Of a DNA stretch of 64,000 nt, positions 53,714-64,000 are shown piece by piece. The stretch is taken from NCBI GenBank assembly GCA_963758815.1, contig CAVWWQ010000010.1, positions 5,488 to 69,487 of the forward strand, read 5' to 3'. Positions within the stretch are counted from its first letter, which is position 1. Each line of letters opens with the position of its first letter. This DNA comes from an uncultured Alphaproteobacteria bacterium (GTDB taxonomy: Bacteria > Pseudomonadota > Alphaproteobacteria > Rhizobiales > Aestuariivirgaceae). The notes under the pieces are model-generated. The model searched no databases. It had not been told where the DNA came from and was given only the letters and a program-made list of their open reading frames with translations. The translations under genes and the position numbers were made by a program.

Positions 53714-54728
53714 GTCTTGCCTTTACCCTGGCAAAGCCCGTGCTCCATATGCTTGGGGCTGAACAGGCTCACCGGTTGACCATTGCTGGGCTTAAATATG
53801 GTCCGCAGACTTGGCAGTGGACCCGTCACTTCGCCACTTCTGCGGCGCAAGGTGTTTGGGCTTGAATTTGCCAATCCCGTCGGCCTTGCGCCGGGTTTCG
53901 ACAAGAATGCGGAGGTGCCGGATGCGATGCTGGCGCATGGGATTTGGTTTTGTGGAGGTGGGCACAGTAACGCCGTTGCCGCAGGCGCGGCAATCCGAGG
54001 CCGCGCCTTTTCCGGCTGAGTTCAGGACCAGGCTGTCATCAACCGCATGGGCTTCAACAATGAAGGCCATGCTGCGGTCCTGCAGCGCTTGATTGCACGG
54101 CGGGGCGCAAGGCGGGATTGTGGGCGTGAATATCGGCGCCAACAAGGATTCGCCTGATCGCATCGCCGATTATGTGGCCGGCATTGCGGCCTTCGAAGAC
54201 GTCGCGAGCTATATCACCATCAACATCTCATCACCCAATACGCCCGGGCTACGCAACCTGCAGAGCAAGGCCGAGCTGCAGCGATTGCTTGAACGGGTGA
54301 ACGATGCGCGGCGCAGTTCAAAGCCGATCCTGCTCAAGATCGCACCCGACCTTGCGTCCGATGATCTCGCAGACGTTGCGCTGGTATGCCGTGGTGGCGG
54401 CGTGGATGGTGTCATCATTTCCAATACCACCCTGTCACGGCCGGCACTGAAATCACCTCACGCAGATGAAGCGGGTGGCCTTTCGGGCGTCCCGCTGTTT
54501 GATCTTTCGACGCGCTGCCTTGAGTCATTTCATAAGATGACAGATGGCAAAATTCCTCTCATCGGCGTGGGCGGGATCAGCGATGCCGACACAGCTGTGG
54601 CCAAGCTGAAAGCCGGTGCCAGCCTCATCCAGCTCTATTCGGCATTGACTTACCGCGGCCCAGATCTGATCCGCGACATCTGCTCCGGCGTCGAGCGCGA
54701 CACTCAGAAGGGGCTGGAAGGCAGATAG
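53710..54728 (+). CDS. pyrD: Quinone-dependent dihydroorotate dehydrogenase; several frame breaks
   Basis: NPVGLAPGFDKNA, GFGFVEVGTVTP, INRMGFNN, NISSPNTPGLR, KIAPD, GGLSG across frames. Confidence 0.92.
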
Positions 54729-55534
54729 GTCGCAAAGATCCGCGCGCTTGCACCCTTTTCCTGCAGACGGTCGAGAGCGTAATCAAGCGCGTCCCTGAGG
54801 CCACCATCCTCAGCACGCACCAGCATCACCAGGCCGTGGGTGAAGGTGGTGCGGTCCATAAAGGCTTGGCCGAACGGCACACAGCAATTCTCTGAGCCGC
54901 TGCCGCGCAACCAGAAGGCCGCGTGCATGGAATCAGCGAAAGCCAGATCCAGTCCCCCCTTGCGCAGGGATTCAAACATCGATTCTTCGCTTCCGAAGGG
55001 CACCAAATTCGAGCGCTCGAAATTCTTTTTCACGAACAATTCTTGCTGGGTTCCTTTCACATAACCCAAACGCCGGCCCGCCAGAGACTTAACGTCCACT
55101 CCGGCAAAATTGGCGCCGCTGCGTGCGACAAACTGCGAGAAAGAAAAATAGAAGGGACGTGTGGTTTGAAACGCGTCTCCTGGAAACTGCGGGCCACCCA
55201 CGATCATGTCGCCCTGTTTCAACTTCAGGGCCTGCAAAAGTTCATCGTAGGGCAAAGCTTTCACCTGACATTTGACGTGAAGCTCGGCGCAGACCGCTTG
55301 GCCCAAGTCCACGGCAACGCCTTGCAACTTTCCATCGGACGAGGTGAAACTGAAGGGCGGAAAATCCGCATCCGCGAGCAAGGTGAGAGTCTGAGGCAAT
55401 ATTGCTTGCGGCACAGGTGCGTTACGGTCGACGTGGCGGAACTGGGGAAATTGCAACGCTTCGGCGGCAAACAGCAGCGATGGCGTTGCCACAATCAAAA
55501 GTAGCAAAGCAATCTTCAAATACACGCTACGCAT
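54704..55534 (-). CDS. Polar amino acid-type ABC substrate-binding protein (family 3), orphan
   Basis: Signal peptide, DFPPF, GVAVDL, LDYALDRL. Confidence 0.8.
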   Translation of the reverse strand: MRSVYLKIALLLLIVATPSLLFAAEALQFPQFRHVDRNAPVPQAILPQTLTLLADADFPPFSFTSSDGKLQGVAVDLGQAVCAELHVKCQVKALPYDELLQALKLKQGDMIVGGPQFPGDAFQTTRPFYFSFSQFVARSGANFAGVDVKSLAGRRLGYVKGTQQELFVKKNFERSNLVPFGSEESMFESLRKGGLDLAFADSMHAAFWLRGSGSENCCVPFGQAFMDRTTFTHGLVMLVRAEDGGLRDALDYALDRLQEKGASARIFATYLPSSPF

Positions 55535-55607
55535 CGTGGCAACCCTGCCGGGCAGTGCGCTTAACTTTCAACTTATGGCGCGACAGAGGCGGTCGCGGGG
55601 GCGGTAA

Positions 55608-57323
55608 ATGGGCGTTCAATTTGTACACCGTACATTGAGTCCGGCGCATGGGGCTATGCCGGGTCATGAGGATATAGCGGCTACCCCCCAATCTGTCTTG
55701 CCCGAAGTGCCGGATGAGACCATCGCGTGGGCCTTCCGGCACATGGACCCCGACGAATTTCAGCTCGCTTTGCAGCGAAAACTGGTGCCGGTGGCGTGGT
55801 ATCCGCAGGCGACCCTTTATGCCGACGCCTCAGATCCTCGCTGTCCCATTGCGCGGCCGCTACAAATGCGAATCGTGGGTCGCATCAGCCCTGACAGGTT
55901 CGCCGCCGTGGTGCGGCAGCATCTGAGCCGCCGGTTGGCCAACGCAGCCTGTGAACACCTCAAGACTGCAGCGCCGATTTTTTCAGCCAGCAAAAGATTT
56001 TCCATACATCAGCTTTTGCTTGGAGCTCTCATGATGACGATAGGCGCAGGCCTCATCATGGTGGGTGCTGGCACCATCGCATATCATGCATTCTTTCTCA
56101 TTATGTCGACCATCTTTACCTGCATGGTAGGCCTGCGGCTCATGGCAATGTTTCACCGGTCACCACGACAGGCGGTGCCACTGAAGCTTAGCGATGCTCA
56201 ACTGCCGGAATACAGCGTTCTGGTACCTGTGTTCCGTGAAGAGAAGATTCTGCCACAACTGATCCGGGCCCTGAGCGAAATCAGCTATCCGGCGGGCAAG
56301 CTCGATATCAAACTCATTCTCGAGGAAAAAGACATGAAGACCCGGCGGGCGCTCGCCAGGATGATCCTCCCGCCCACCATCGAAGTGATTGTGGTGCCTC
56401 CCGGACCGCTGCAGACCAAACCGCGCGCGCTCAACTATGCACTCAACTTTGCACGCGGCTCCCTGCTTACCATCTATGATGCCGAAGACATTCCGGACCC
56501 GATGCAGTTGCGGACAGCGGCAGAATATTTTGTGCATCTTCCCGATGATGTTGCCTGCCTGCAATCGGAACTTGCCTTCTTCAATTCTGAAGACAATTGG
56601 CTGACACGCCAGTTTGCAGTGGAGTATGCCACGCTGTTTGGGCTGACGTTGCCAATGCTGGCGAGATACCGCCTGCCCATTCCGCTGGGGGGCACCTCCA
56701 ATCATTTCCGGACCCGTGTCCTGCGGCGTCTTGCGGGTTGGGACCCATTCAATGTCACCGAAGATGCTGATCTCGGGTTCCGCATGGTCCGGCTGGGCTA
56801 TCGCACCGGAATGCTTCCGAGCTCGACAATGGAAGAAGCCGCAAAATATCCACGCAACTGGATCAATCAGCGCGCGCGATGGTTGAAGGGCTTCATGCAA
56901 ACCTGGCTGGTGCACATGCGGCACCCACGCCATGTGATCCGCGAAACGGGATGGGATGGATTCATCATTTTGCAGGCCACACAGTTGGGTGTTTTCCTAT
57001 CGGCGCTGCTGCATCCGATCCTCGCCGCTTTGTTACTGTGGCCCGTTGTTTCGGGCGGACAACAGATGTCCAACGCGGGTTCGCCTGACTTTCTCGACAG
57101 CTTTTACGTCGGCATGCTGATCATGACCTATGCTATCCTGATGTTCAGTGGCGCGGTCGCACTGGCGCGCAAAGGGCAAAGGATCTGGTGGGGTACAATC
57201 CTGACCATGCCGGCCTATTGGTTTCTCACCGGCATCGCCGGCTGGCTGGCGGTCTGGCAATTTTTTTGGCGCCCGTTCCACTGGAACAAGACGCATCACG
57301 GGATAACGCAGTTCCGCCGTTGA
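55608..57323 (+). CDS. GT2 family membrane glycosyltransferase
   Basis: KPRALN, YDAED, TEDADLG, QRARW, WNKTHHG and flanking TM helices. Confidence 0.9.
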   Translation: MGVQFVHRTLSPAHGAMPGHEDIAATPQSVLPEVPDETIAWAFRHMDPDEFQLALQRKLVPVAWYPQATLYADASDPRCPIARPLQMRIVGRISPDRFAAVVRQHLSRRLANAACEHLKTAAPIFSASKRFSIHQLLLGALMMTIGAGLIMVGAGTIAYHAFFLIMSTIFTCMVGLRLMAMFHRSPRQAVPLKLSDAQLPEYSVLVPVFREEKILPQLIRALSEISYPAGKLDIKLILEEKDMKTRRALARMILPPTIEVIVVPPGPLQTKPRALNYALNFARGSLLTIYDAEDIPDPMQLRTAAEYFVHLPDDVACLQSELAFFNSEDNWLTRQFAVEYATLFGLTLPMLARYRLPIPLGGTSNHFRTRVLRRLAGWDPFNVTEDADLGFRMVRLGYRTGMLPSSTMEEAAKYPRNWINQRARWLKGFMQTWLVHMRHPRHVIRETGWDGFIILQATQLGVFLSALLHPILAALLLWPVVSGGQQMSNAGSPDFLDSFYVGMLIMTYAILMFSGAVALARKGQRIWWGTILTMPAYWFLTGIAGWLAVWQFFWRPFHWNKTHHGITQFRR

Positions 57324-57329
57324 GTTCTG

Positions 57330-58307
57330 CTAATGCTTGACCTGCATCACCATCAGGACAGACGGTCCGAGGATGACGACGAAGATGACGGGCAAGAAGA
57401 ACAAGATCATGGGCACGGTCAGCTTGGGCGGCAGGGCAGCTGCCTTGCGTTCAGCCTCCGACATGCGGTCCTTGCGGTTTTCCTCGGCGAGAACACGCAA
57501 CGCCGATCCCAAAGGTGTGCCGTAACGTTCTGACTGGATGAGAGCCGTCACTACCGACTTCACGGTTTCAAGCTTGGTGCGCTTGGCCAAATTTTCGAAC
57601 GCCTTGCGGCGCTCAGGCAAATACGCCAATTCAGCGACTGTCAGCTGCAACTCTTCTGCCAAAGCCACGGACTGGCTGCCAATTTCCTTGGCAACGCGCT
57701 GCATTCCAGGTTCCAGCGCCATGCCGGATTCCACGCAGATGAGCAGCAGATCCAAGGCGTCCGACCAGGCTTTTTTAATCGAAGCCTTGCGCTTGTTGCC
57801 CAGATTGCGGACGACAACGCCGGGAATGTACGAGCCGATCACCATGCCGACAAACGAAGCGGCAACCCGCATGCCGGCATTCATAGAATTTGACATGTGG
57901 ATGGTGGTGTAAGCAAAAACCCCTGCACCCACAAACAACGGCACAATCACACGGAAAGCCAAAAACATGGTCAGGTGACGTTCGCGGCGAAAACCGGCGC
58001 TGCGCAACATGTCCTGGGTGGCTTCTGCTTCAAAAACCTTTCTCAGGTTGAGCATTTCCACCAAGCGTGAATAGACACCTGAGGTCTTGCGGTCGCGCAA
58101 ACGGCCCGACCCATTGGCTTCAAGTGCCGCCTTTTGCTGAGCACGCAAACGATCGCGTTCCGATGTCACCAATTTGGTACGCGCCTGCAGCTTGTCGTTT
58201 TCGAAGAACGGCGCCGCAATCGTGAGGACGGTGGCAAAGGCGGCAAGTGCGGCGAAAAGGGCAATGGCGCCTTCAACCTGCATCACACTGTCGAGAAGCT
58301 GCATCAT
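57330..58307 (-). CDS. tadC: Tad pilus assembly protein TadC
   Basis: DALDLLLICVESG, QSERYGTP, PKLTVPMILF. Confidence 0.92.
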   Translation of the reverse strand: MMQLLDSVMQVEGAIALFAALAAFATVLTIAAPFFENDKLQARTKLVTSERDRLRAQQKAALEANGSGRLRDRKTSGVYSRLVEMLNLRKVFEAEATQDMLRSAGFRRERHLTMFLAFRVIVPLFVGAGVFAYTTIHMSNSMNAGMRVAASFVGMVIGSYIPGVVVRNLGNKRKASIKKAWSDALDLLLICVESGMALEPGMQRVAKEIGSQSVALAEELQLTVAELAYLPERRKAFENLAKRTKLETVKSVVTALIQSERYGTPLGSALRVLAEENRKDRMSEAERKAAALPPKLTVPMILFFLPVIFVVILGPSVLMVMQVKH

Positions 58308-58320
58308 GACGCGGTCTTTC

Positions 58321-59322
58321 TCAAATCTGGAAATTGATGATCTTGCGCATGATCAGGATACCGATGCACATCCAGATGCCACTGCCGATCAGCATGATAT
58401 GGCCTGGGTGCGTGGTGAAGAGCAGCGAAACGTATTTCGGATTGAAAAAAGCCAGCGCCCCGCAAATGCAGAAAGGCAGCGAACCAATAATGGCCGCGGA
58501 AGACTTCGCCTCCTGCGACACGGCGCGAACCTTCTGTTTCATCTTCTTGCGGTCGCGCAGAACCTTGGACAGGTTGCCGAGGGCTTCCGACAGATTGCCG
58601 CCAGTCTTGGACTGGATGGTCATGACAATGGCAAGGAAGTTGACCTCGGGCAGCGGCACGCGGTCCACCATGCGTTCGATGCCCTGATCCAGCGGAATGC
58701 CGATGCGCTGGCCTTCCACCACTTCCAGGAATTCTGGACCCACCGGAGGGCCTTGTTCAGTTGAAATGATTTTCATGGCTTCCGAAACCGGAAGACCCGA
58801 TTTCAGGCCGCGGACCAGCACGTCGATGGCGTCGGCAAAATCGTTGAGAAATTTGTTTTGGCGGCGCTTCTGCAGAAAGCCCACGATCCAGCGCGGCAGA
58901 CCCAGGCCACCGGCAAAGGCCGCCAGCCCAACAGCCCACAGCGGCCCGCCAAAGGCAAACGCAATGCCGCCAAACACGGAGCCGAGAATGACGGAGAACA
59001 CATAGAACATGCGTGGTGTGGTTTCGAGCCCTGCTTGTTGCAGCCGCATCCGCAATGGCACCCGCTTCTTCTTGTGTTTTTGCTCAATTTGCGTGAGAGA
59101 TTCCTGGATCTGCTTGCGGCGATTATCCTTGCTGTCCTCGGCCATGCGCGCGCGCAGCGATCCTGTTCCATCGCGCCTCGTCGAGGCAATTGCCTTCATA
59201 CGGCCTTCTGAAGCAGGCCGGTTGAGCAATGGATAGATGATTGCGAAAATCAGGCCGCCCGCGGCCAGCGCCACCATGACAATGAAGGCGGTACCAACAA
59301 GATCGTCACCGAAGAACATCAC
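58321..59322 (-). CDS. tadB: Tad pilus assembly protein TadB
   Basis: DAIDVLVRGLKSGLP, GGNLSEAL, EAKSSA. Confidence 0.92.
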   Translation of the reverse strand: MMFFGDDLVGTAFIVMVALAAGGLIFAIIYPLLNRPASEGRMKAIASTRRDGTGSLRARMAEDSKDNRRKQIQESLTQIEQKHKKKRVPLRMRLQQAGLETTPRMFYVFSVILGSVFGGIAFAFGGPLWAVGLAAFAGGLGLPRWIVGFLQKRRQNKFLNDFADAIDVLVRGLKSGLPVSEAMKIISTEQGPPVGPEFLEVVEGQRIGIPLDQGIERMVDRVPLPEVNFLAIVMTIQSKTGGNLSEALGNLSKVLRDRKKMKQKVRAVSQEAKSSAAIIGSLPFCICGALAFFNPKYVSLLFTTHPGHIMLIGSGIWMCIGILIMRKIINFQI

Positions 59323-59334
59323 ACACCCTCACGA

Positions 59335-60804
59335 CTATTCCTCGGTCCTGTTGCGATCCTCAGCCTGTTCCAAAGCATCCGCGAGGCGGCGTTCCTCGTT
59401 GTAGTAACGTGCACGATCCCAGAAATGCGGACGTGCAATGCCGGTCGAACGATGACCGCCAATGATCTTGCCGTTGGCGTCTTCACCCGTGATGTCGTAG
59501 AGGAAAAGATCCTGGGTGATGATCACATCGCCTTCCATGCCGACCACCTCGGTCACATGGGTGATCTTGCGCGAACCGTCACGCAGGCGCGCGGCCTGGA
59601 CGATGACGTCGATCGAGCCGACAATCATTTCCTTGATGGTCTTTGAAGGCAGCGCAAAGCCGCCCATGGTGATCATCGATTCAAGACGTGACAGGGCTTC
59701 ACGCGGGCTGTTGGCGTGAAGAGTGCCCATTGAGCCGTCGTGGCCCGTGTTCATGGCCTGCAGAAGATCGAATGCTTCGGGTCCGCGAACTTCGCCGACG
59801 ATGATGCGTTCGGGACGCATACGCAGGCAGTTCTTGACGAGGTCGCGCATGCTGATGGAACCTTCGCCTTCAAGGTTCGGCGGGCGGGTTTCAAGACGCA
59901 CCACATGCGGCTGCTGCAGCTGAAGTTCGGCGGCGTCTTCGCAGGTGATGATGCGCTCATCGTGATCGATGCAGCCGGTGAGGCAGTTCAGCAAGGTGGT
60001 CTTGCCAGAGCCCGTGCCGCCGGAGATCAACGTGTTGCAACGAACGCGGCCGATGATCTCGAGTATGGTCGAGCCTTCGGGAGTGATCGACTTGTATTTC
60101 ACCAGATCGTGAAGCTTGAGACGATCCTTCTTGAACTTACGAATGGTAAGGGCGCAGCCATCGATGGCGAGCGGCGGTGCGATAACGTTGACACGCGAAC
60201 CGTCGGGCAAACGCGCGTCGCAAATCGGGCTTGCTTCGTCGACGCGGCGGCCGACCTGGGAGACGATGCGCTGACAGATGTTCAGAAGCTGGGAATTGTC
60301 GCGGAAGCGCACGCCCGTCTTCTGCATCTTGCCGTTGACTTCGATGAACACCGTGTTGGCGCCGTTCACCATGATGTCGGCAATGTCATCGCGGGCGAGC
60401 AATGGCTCGAGCGGACCATAGCCCAGAACGTCGTTACAGATGTCCTCGAGCAGTTCTTCCTGCTCGGCAATCGACATCACCACATCCTTGAGGGATATGA
60501 TTTCGTTGACGATGTCGCGGATTTCGTCGCGGGCTGCTTCGCGGTCGAGCTGGCCGAGCTGCGTCAGGTCGATGGCATCGATCAGCGCATTGAAGATCGT
60601 GCTTTTGATATCGTAGTAAGAGTCAGACTTGTGCCGCGCTTCGACAGGGGCTGCCTGAGATGCAGAGGGCTGCGATGCGGCACCGGGCTTGATGTCCGGG
60701 ATCGATGCCCCAGCAACAGGCGTGTGATGCGGTGTATCTTTAGCGGCACCTTGCGGCGGTGAACCTGCCGCGCCTTGTCCGCCTTCGGATTTTCTTCCGA
60801 ACAT
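59335..60804 (-). CDS. cpaF: Tad pilus ATPase CpaF/TadA
   Basis: [38 protein letters not shown]. Confidence 0.96.
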   Translation of the reverse strand: MFGRKSEGGQGAAGSPPQGAAKDTPHHTPVAGASIPDIKPGAASQPSASQAAPVEARHKSDSYYDIKSTIFNALIDAIDLTQLGQLDREAARDEIRDIVNEIISLKDVVMSIAEQEELLEDICNDVLGYGPLEPLLARDDIADIMVNGANTVFIEVNGKMQKTGVRFRDNSQLLNICQRIVSQVGRRVDEASPICDARLPDGSRVNVIAPPLAIDGCALTIRKFKKDRLKLHDLVKYKSITPEGSTILEIIGRVRCNTLISGGTGSGKTTLLNCLTGCIDHDERIITCEDAAELQLQQPHVVRLETRPPNLEGEGSISMRDLVKNCLRMRPERIIVGEVRGPEAFDLLQAMNTGHDGSMGTLHANSPREALSRLESMITMGGFALPSKTIKEMIVGSIDVIVQAARLRDGSRKITHVTEVVGMEGDVIITQDLFLYDITGEDANGKIIGGHRSTGIARPHFWDRARYYNEERRLADALEQAEDRNRTEE

Positions 60805-60805
60805 A

Positions 60806-62071
60806 TCAGCCTTCCTTCTTCTTCATCAGAGGAAGTTTTCCCATGAAGCCCGAAAGGGCGAACTTCGACGAGGCCTTTGCAACCGGCTTGTTCATTCCAG
60901 CCAACCGTTCCGCAAGACTGCCAATAACTTCAACGGCCTTGGATTTCGGCGCAATTTCGAACAGCATCTGGCCGTTGCCCTGAGCTAGGCCAAAACTCTG
61001 TGGATCGTAGGGTATGATGGCAGCAGGCTCGATTCCGAGCGCCTTCGCAAAGTCGGCCGCGGGGATTTCAGGGCGCTTGGGAACGCCCACCTGATTAAGA
61101 ACCAGCATGGGCTGGCTGTCATTGGGCCGACCGGCCTTCAGCAGATCGATGATATTCTTCGCATTGCGCAGGCTTGGAAGTTCCAGCGTGGCGGTGATGA
61201 CGATTTCATCGGCATTCATCAGCGTGTGCTTGACCCAGGGCGCCCAGGCGTTGGGAACATCCACGACAATGACCGGGGCGGCCTGACGCACAACATTCAT
61301 GACCGATTCGACAGCATGGGCCTCGATGGACATATCGCGGTCAACCGATCCTGGCCCGTTGAGCAGGCTCAGCTTTTTGCCCAGACGGGACATGAGCCTT
61401 TCAAGCAGTGTCGAGTCGACACGGTCGGGAGCGGAGAGGGCTTCATAGAATGTGCCGCCACCATCCTGGTTGAAGTTGAGGGCGGCGGTGCCAAAGCTCA
61501 GATCAAGATCAGTGAGGATGGTTTCGAGATCGTATTTGGCGGAGGTCGCGTAAGCGACATTGTGCGCAATGGTCGATGACCCAACACCACCCTTGGCTCC
61601 CACGAAGGCAAGCACACGGCCGAGCGGCGGCGCCTTGGGATCATTGTAAAGGGTCGCAATCGAATCGATGATCTGCAGCGACGTGAATGGACCCACGAGG
61701 TAATCGCTGACGTGGTTCTTCATCAGCTCGCGGAAAAGAATGATGTCATTGACATGGCCGAGAACCACAACCTTGGTTGCTGGCCCGCAAACTTCCGCCA
61801 GTTGGCCGAGTTCGGTCATGATCTGCGTGCGGTCGCCGCGTGATTCAACCATCACCACATTCGGTGTCGGTTCTTGCGAATACATCTGTGTGGCGGCCGG
61901 AATGCCACCCATCTGGACGGTGACATGGGCACGGGCCATGCGGCGGTCGGTTGCAGCAAGCTCCATTACCTGGGCTGTCTGCGGGCTGTCGCAGAAGATC
62001 CCGATGTTCACACGTGGAACAAGGATCGACGCAACAGGATTGATCGGGGCTGAAGCGGTGGCGGTGCTCAT
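60806..62071 (-). CDS. cpaE: Pilus assembly protein CpaE/TadZ
   Basis: Receiver-like N-domain plus MinD-like GAKGGVGSS. Confidence 0.92.
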   Translation of the reverse strand: MSTATASAPINPVASILVPRVNIGIFCDSPQTAQVMELAATDRRMARAHVTVQMGGIPAATQMYSQEPTPNVVMVESRGDRTQIMTELGQLAEVCGPATKVVVLGHVNDIILFRELMKNHVSDYLVGPFTSLQIIDSIATLYNDPKAPPLGRVLAFVGAKGGVGSSTIAHNVAYATSAKYDLETILTDLDLSFGTAALNFNQDGGGTFYEALSAPDRVDSTLLERLMSRLGKKLSLLNGPGSVDRDMSIEAHAVESVMNVVRQAAPVIVVDVPNAWAPWVKHTLMNADEIVITATLELPSLRNAKNIIDLLKAGRPNDSQPMLVLNQVGVPKRPEIPAADFAKALGIEPAAIIPYDPQSFGLAQGNGQMLFEIAPKSKAVEVIGSLAERLAGMNKPVAKASSKFALSGFMGKLPLMKKKEG

Positions 62072-62094
62072 GGAAACCTTCCGGCTCGTCCTTG

Positions 62095-62775
62095 TTAGTT
62101 TGAATAGCTGTAGTTGTTGGGCAGGATTACGGTGTTGACGGCGGCGTTTTCACGCTGCACGGCATACACATCGGTGTTGGACTGCTTGATCGTCGAGGCT
62201 GTCGGCGTTTCAATCGTGCTTGGCTTGTCGATCATCGCAGCGATGTTGTTCTGTACTGCGCAGCCGAGATTGGGATAGCTGGCATTGTCACTCGTATCCA
62301 TCATCAGATCTTTTGACCAATCACCGCAGGGCGGAACACTGGCATAAGTCGCCGAGAAGCCTGCGCGCACCGGAGCGCCGGCGGGGCCCGAATAGGAAGC
62401 GAGCATCAGACGCCTGCGCGGTACGCCCTGTTCGATGAAAGTTGTGGCCATTTCTTCGGCTACTGCAGATGACTTGCCGCCACCCGAAGGTTTGGCAATC
62501 GTCACGGTGCCCGTTCTTGCCAAGACAGCCTGATGCGCGAAGCCTTGCACTTCGGCCACCTGGTCTGGTGTCAGATGGCCCGCGGCGGAGGAGATCTCCA
62601 TCGTTTGCGGTCCTCTCTGGACCGTGATCGGATAGCGATCCGAACCGTGAACCGGAACTGGTGGTCCGGGCTCATTGAAAGCTTCGTCGGAGACGCAACC
62701 TGCAAGTGCCAGGGCCGATAGGCCCAAAAGCCCGGTCAGCAGAGTTTTGGAAAAGTTATTGCTGTTGTTGCCCAT
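62095..62775 (-). CDS. cpaD: Pilus assembly lipoprotein CpaD
   Basis: Lipobox LAGC, RYPI, CGDW, NLGCAVQNNIAAM. Confidence 0.88.
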   Translation of the reverse strand: MGNNSNNFSKTLLTGLLGLSALALAGCVSDEAFNEPGPPVPVHGSDRYPITVQRGPQTMEISSAAGHLTPDQVAEVQGFAHQAVLARTGTVTIAKPSGGGKSSAVAEEMATTFIEQGVPRRRLMLASYSGPAGAPVRAGFSATYASVPPCGDWSKDLMMDTSDNASYPNLGCAVQNNIAAMIDKPSTIETPTASTIKQSNTDVYAVQRENAAVNTVILPNNYSYSN

Positions 62776-62789
62776 GATCCTCACTCCAC

Positions 62790-64000
62790 TCACTCGACGA
62801 TGTAGCCAACCTGGCCGCCGTATTTGCCGTTCGGGGTCTGGGCGGTCGAGCCATAGACCTTGTTCAGGCGGCCCATCAGCAGGTACTGACGGTCGGTGGC
62901 CTCGCTCAGGTTCTTGTCCGGCACTTCAAGCGCCTTCTGGGCTACGCTGCGCACGATATGCGGGGTGACGAGCACCACGAGCTCAGTCTGATTGTTGATG
63001 AATTCACGGCTGCGGAACAGGGCGCCGAAAATCGGCAGCTGACTAAGTCCAGGCGTGCCATTGATGTTCTGTGCGGGTGCTTTCACGGATCAGGCCTGCG
63101 AGCATCATCGAGCCGCCATCAGGGATTTCGAGAACCGTATCGGCCGCGCGCGTTTACGAGAGCCGGGAACGCCACCAGCGGGATACACTCGATCCGGTCT
63201 GTGGCTGCGACAACTCGCTGACCGCCGTATGGATCTTGAGGTTGATGCGGCCTTCAGTCAAAACTGTCGGCGTGAAATCGAGACCTACGCCATATTCCTT
63301 GAATGCGATCGTGCACGGACGCTGGTTCGCAGAAATCTGGCAGGTCTGGTAGGGGAATTCACCACCGGCCTTAAACGATGCCGATTGTCCCGATACAGCC
63401 GTCAGGTTCGGCTCGGCGAGCGTGTGCAGAACGCCGTCGGCTTCCATGGCACGGATGATGCTGGTGAAACTGTTGCCGCTGCCATCAGCGAAAGCCGCGC
63501 CATAGCCCTGTGACGGCGAAGCATCAACGTTGAAGAAGGGATTGACATTCGAGAGGTTGAAGGCGAACGAGCCGGCATTCAGCGCCGCACCAAAATTCAC
63601 ACCCCACTGTTTCAAGATGTCGCGCTGGATCTCGACGACCTTCACCTGCAACATCACCTGGTCTTCGCCGGCGATCTTGATGGTGTTGACGATCAGGCCA
63701 CCGCCCGTGGTCACGGTGCTGGTCGAAGTCACGACCGTCGTCGCCTGCGCGATGTATTCGTTGGCAAGATCGACGGCAGTCTTGGCTTCCTGCGCGTTCA
63801 TGGCGATGCCACCCAGAACCACATTGGCGCCGAGAACGTCGACCGTGATGTGGGTGCCCGGCAAGGTGCGCCGGATCAGATTCTGCAGCGCCACTGTGTC
63901 GACCGCCACTTCAAGATCCAAAGCCATGATCTGCTGGCCATTGGCATCGAAGAAGAAGATGTTGGTTGAACCGGTCTTGCGGGCGAAGAGGTAAGCCGTG
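62790..64000 (-). CDS. cpaC: Tad secretin CpaC/RcpA, 5' end outside the window; frame breaks near 63170-63090
   Basis: QVMLQVKVVE, LAEPNLTAVSG, GGEFP, PGLSQLPIFGALFRS, TELVVLVTP. Confidence 0.9.

Overview
GC-rich alphaproteobacterial chromosome segment (Hyphomicrobiales-like gene order; closer taxonomy is not determinable here). 1-18 kb is accessory: partial DeoR regulator, sterol-desaturase-family gene, creatininase-family gene, two aldo/keto reductases, DUF2231 plus sorbosone dehydrogenase behind an EcfG-type promoter, exported MsrA, a LacI-regulated sugar ABC transporter, a phosphoethanolamine transferase, an orphan tadE-tadG pair with a Gly/Cys-rich secreted protein, and an IclR regulator. 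18-37 kb holds ureDABCEFG, a deviant tRNA-Cys, a DMT transporter, an apparent ~989 aa SerC-like/SerA-like fusion, mbfA with a perfect Irr box, lepA, pgi, pheT, a repeat-flanked DUF559 nuclease cassette, pheS, rplT and rpmI. 37-64 kb holds a DUF1127/MocR divergon, an SGNH protein, infC, queG, fzlA, uppP, tRNA-Leu, rnd-lptCAB-rpoN-hpf-ptsN, an S24 repressor, pyrD, a GT2 and the cpaCDEF-tadBC pilus locus. About 20 reading-frame breaks, several in essential genes, point to sequencing indels rather than pseudogenes. Best leads: the aminotransferase-dehydrogenase fusion, the DUF559 cassette with structured inverted ends, the orphan Tad module and the aberrant tRNA-Cys. All calls come from motif recognition by eye; no database search was run.
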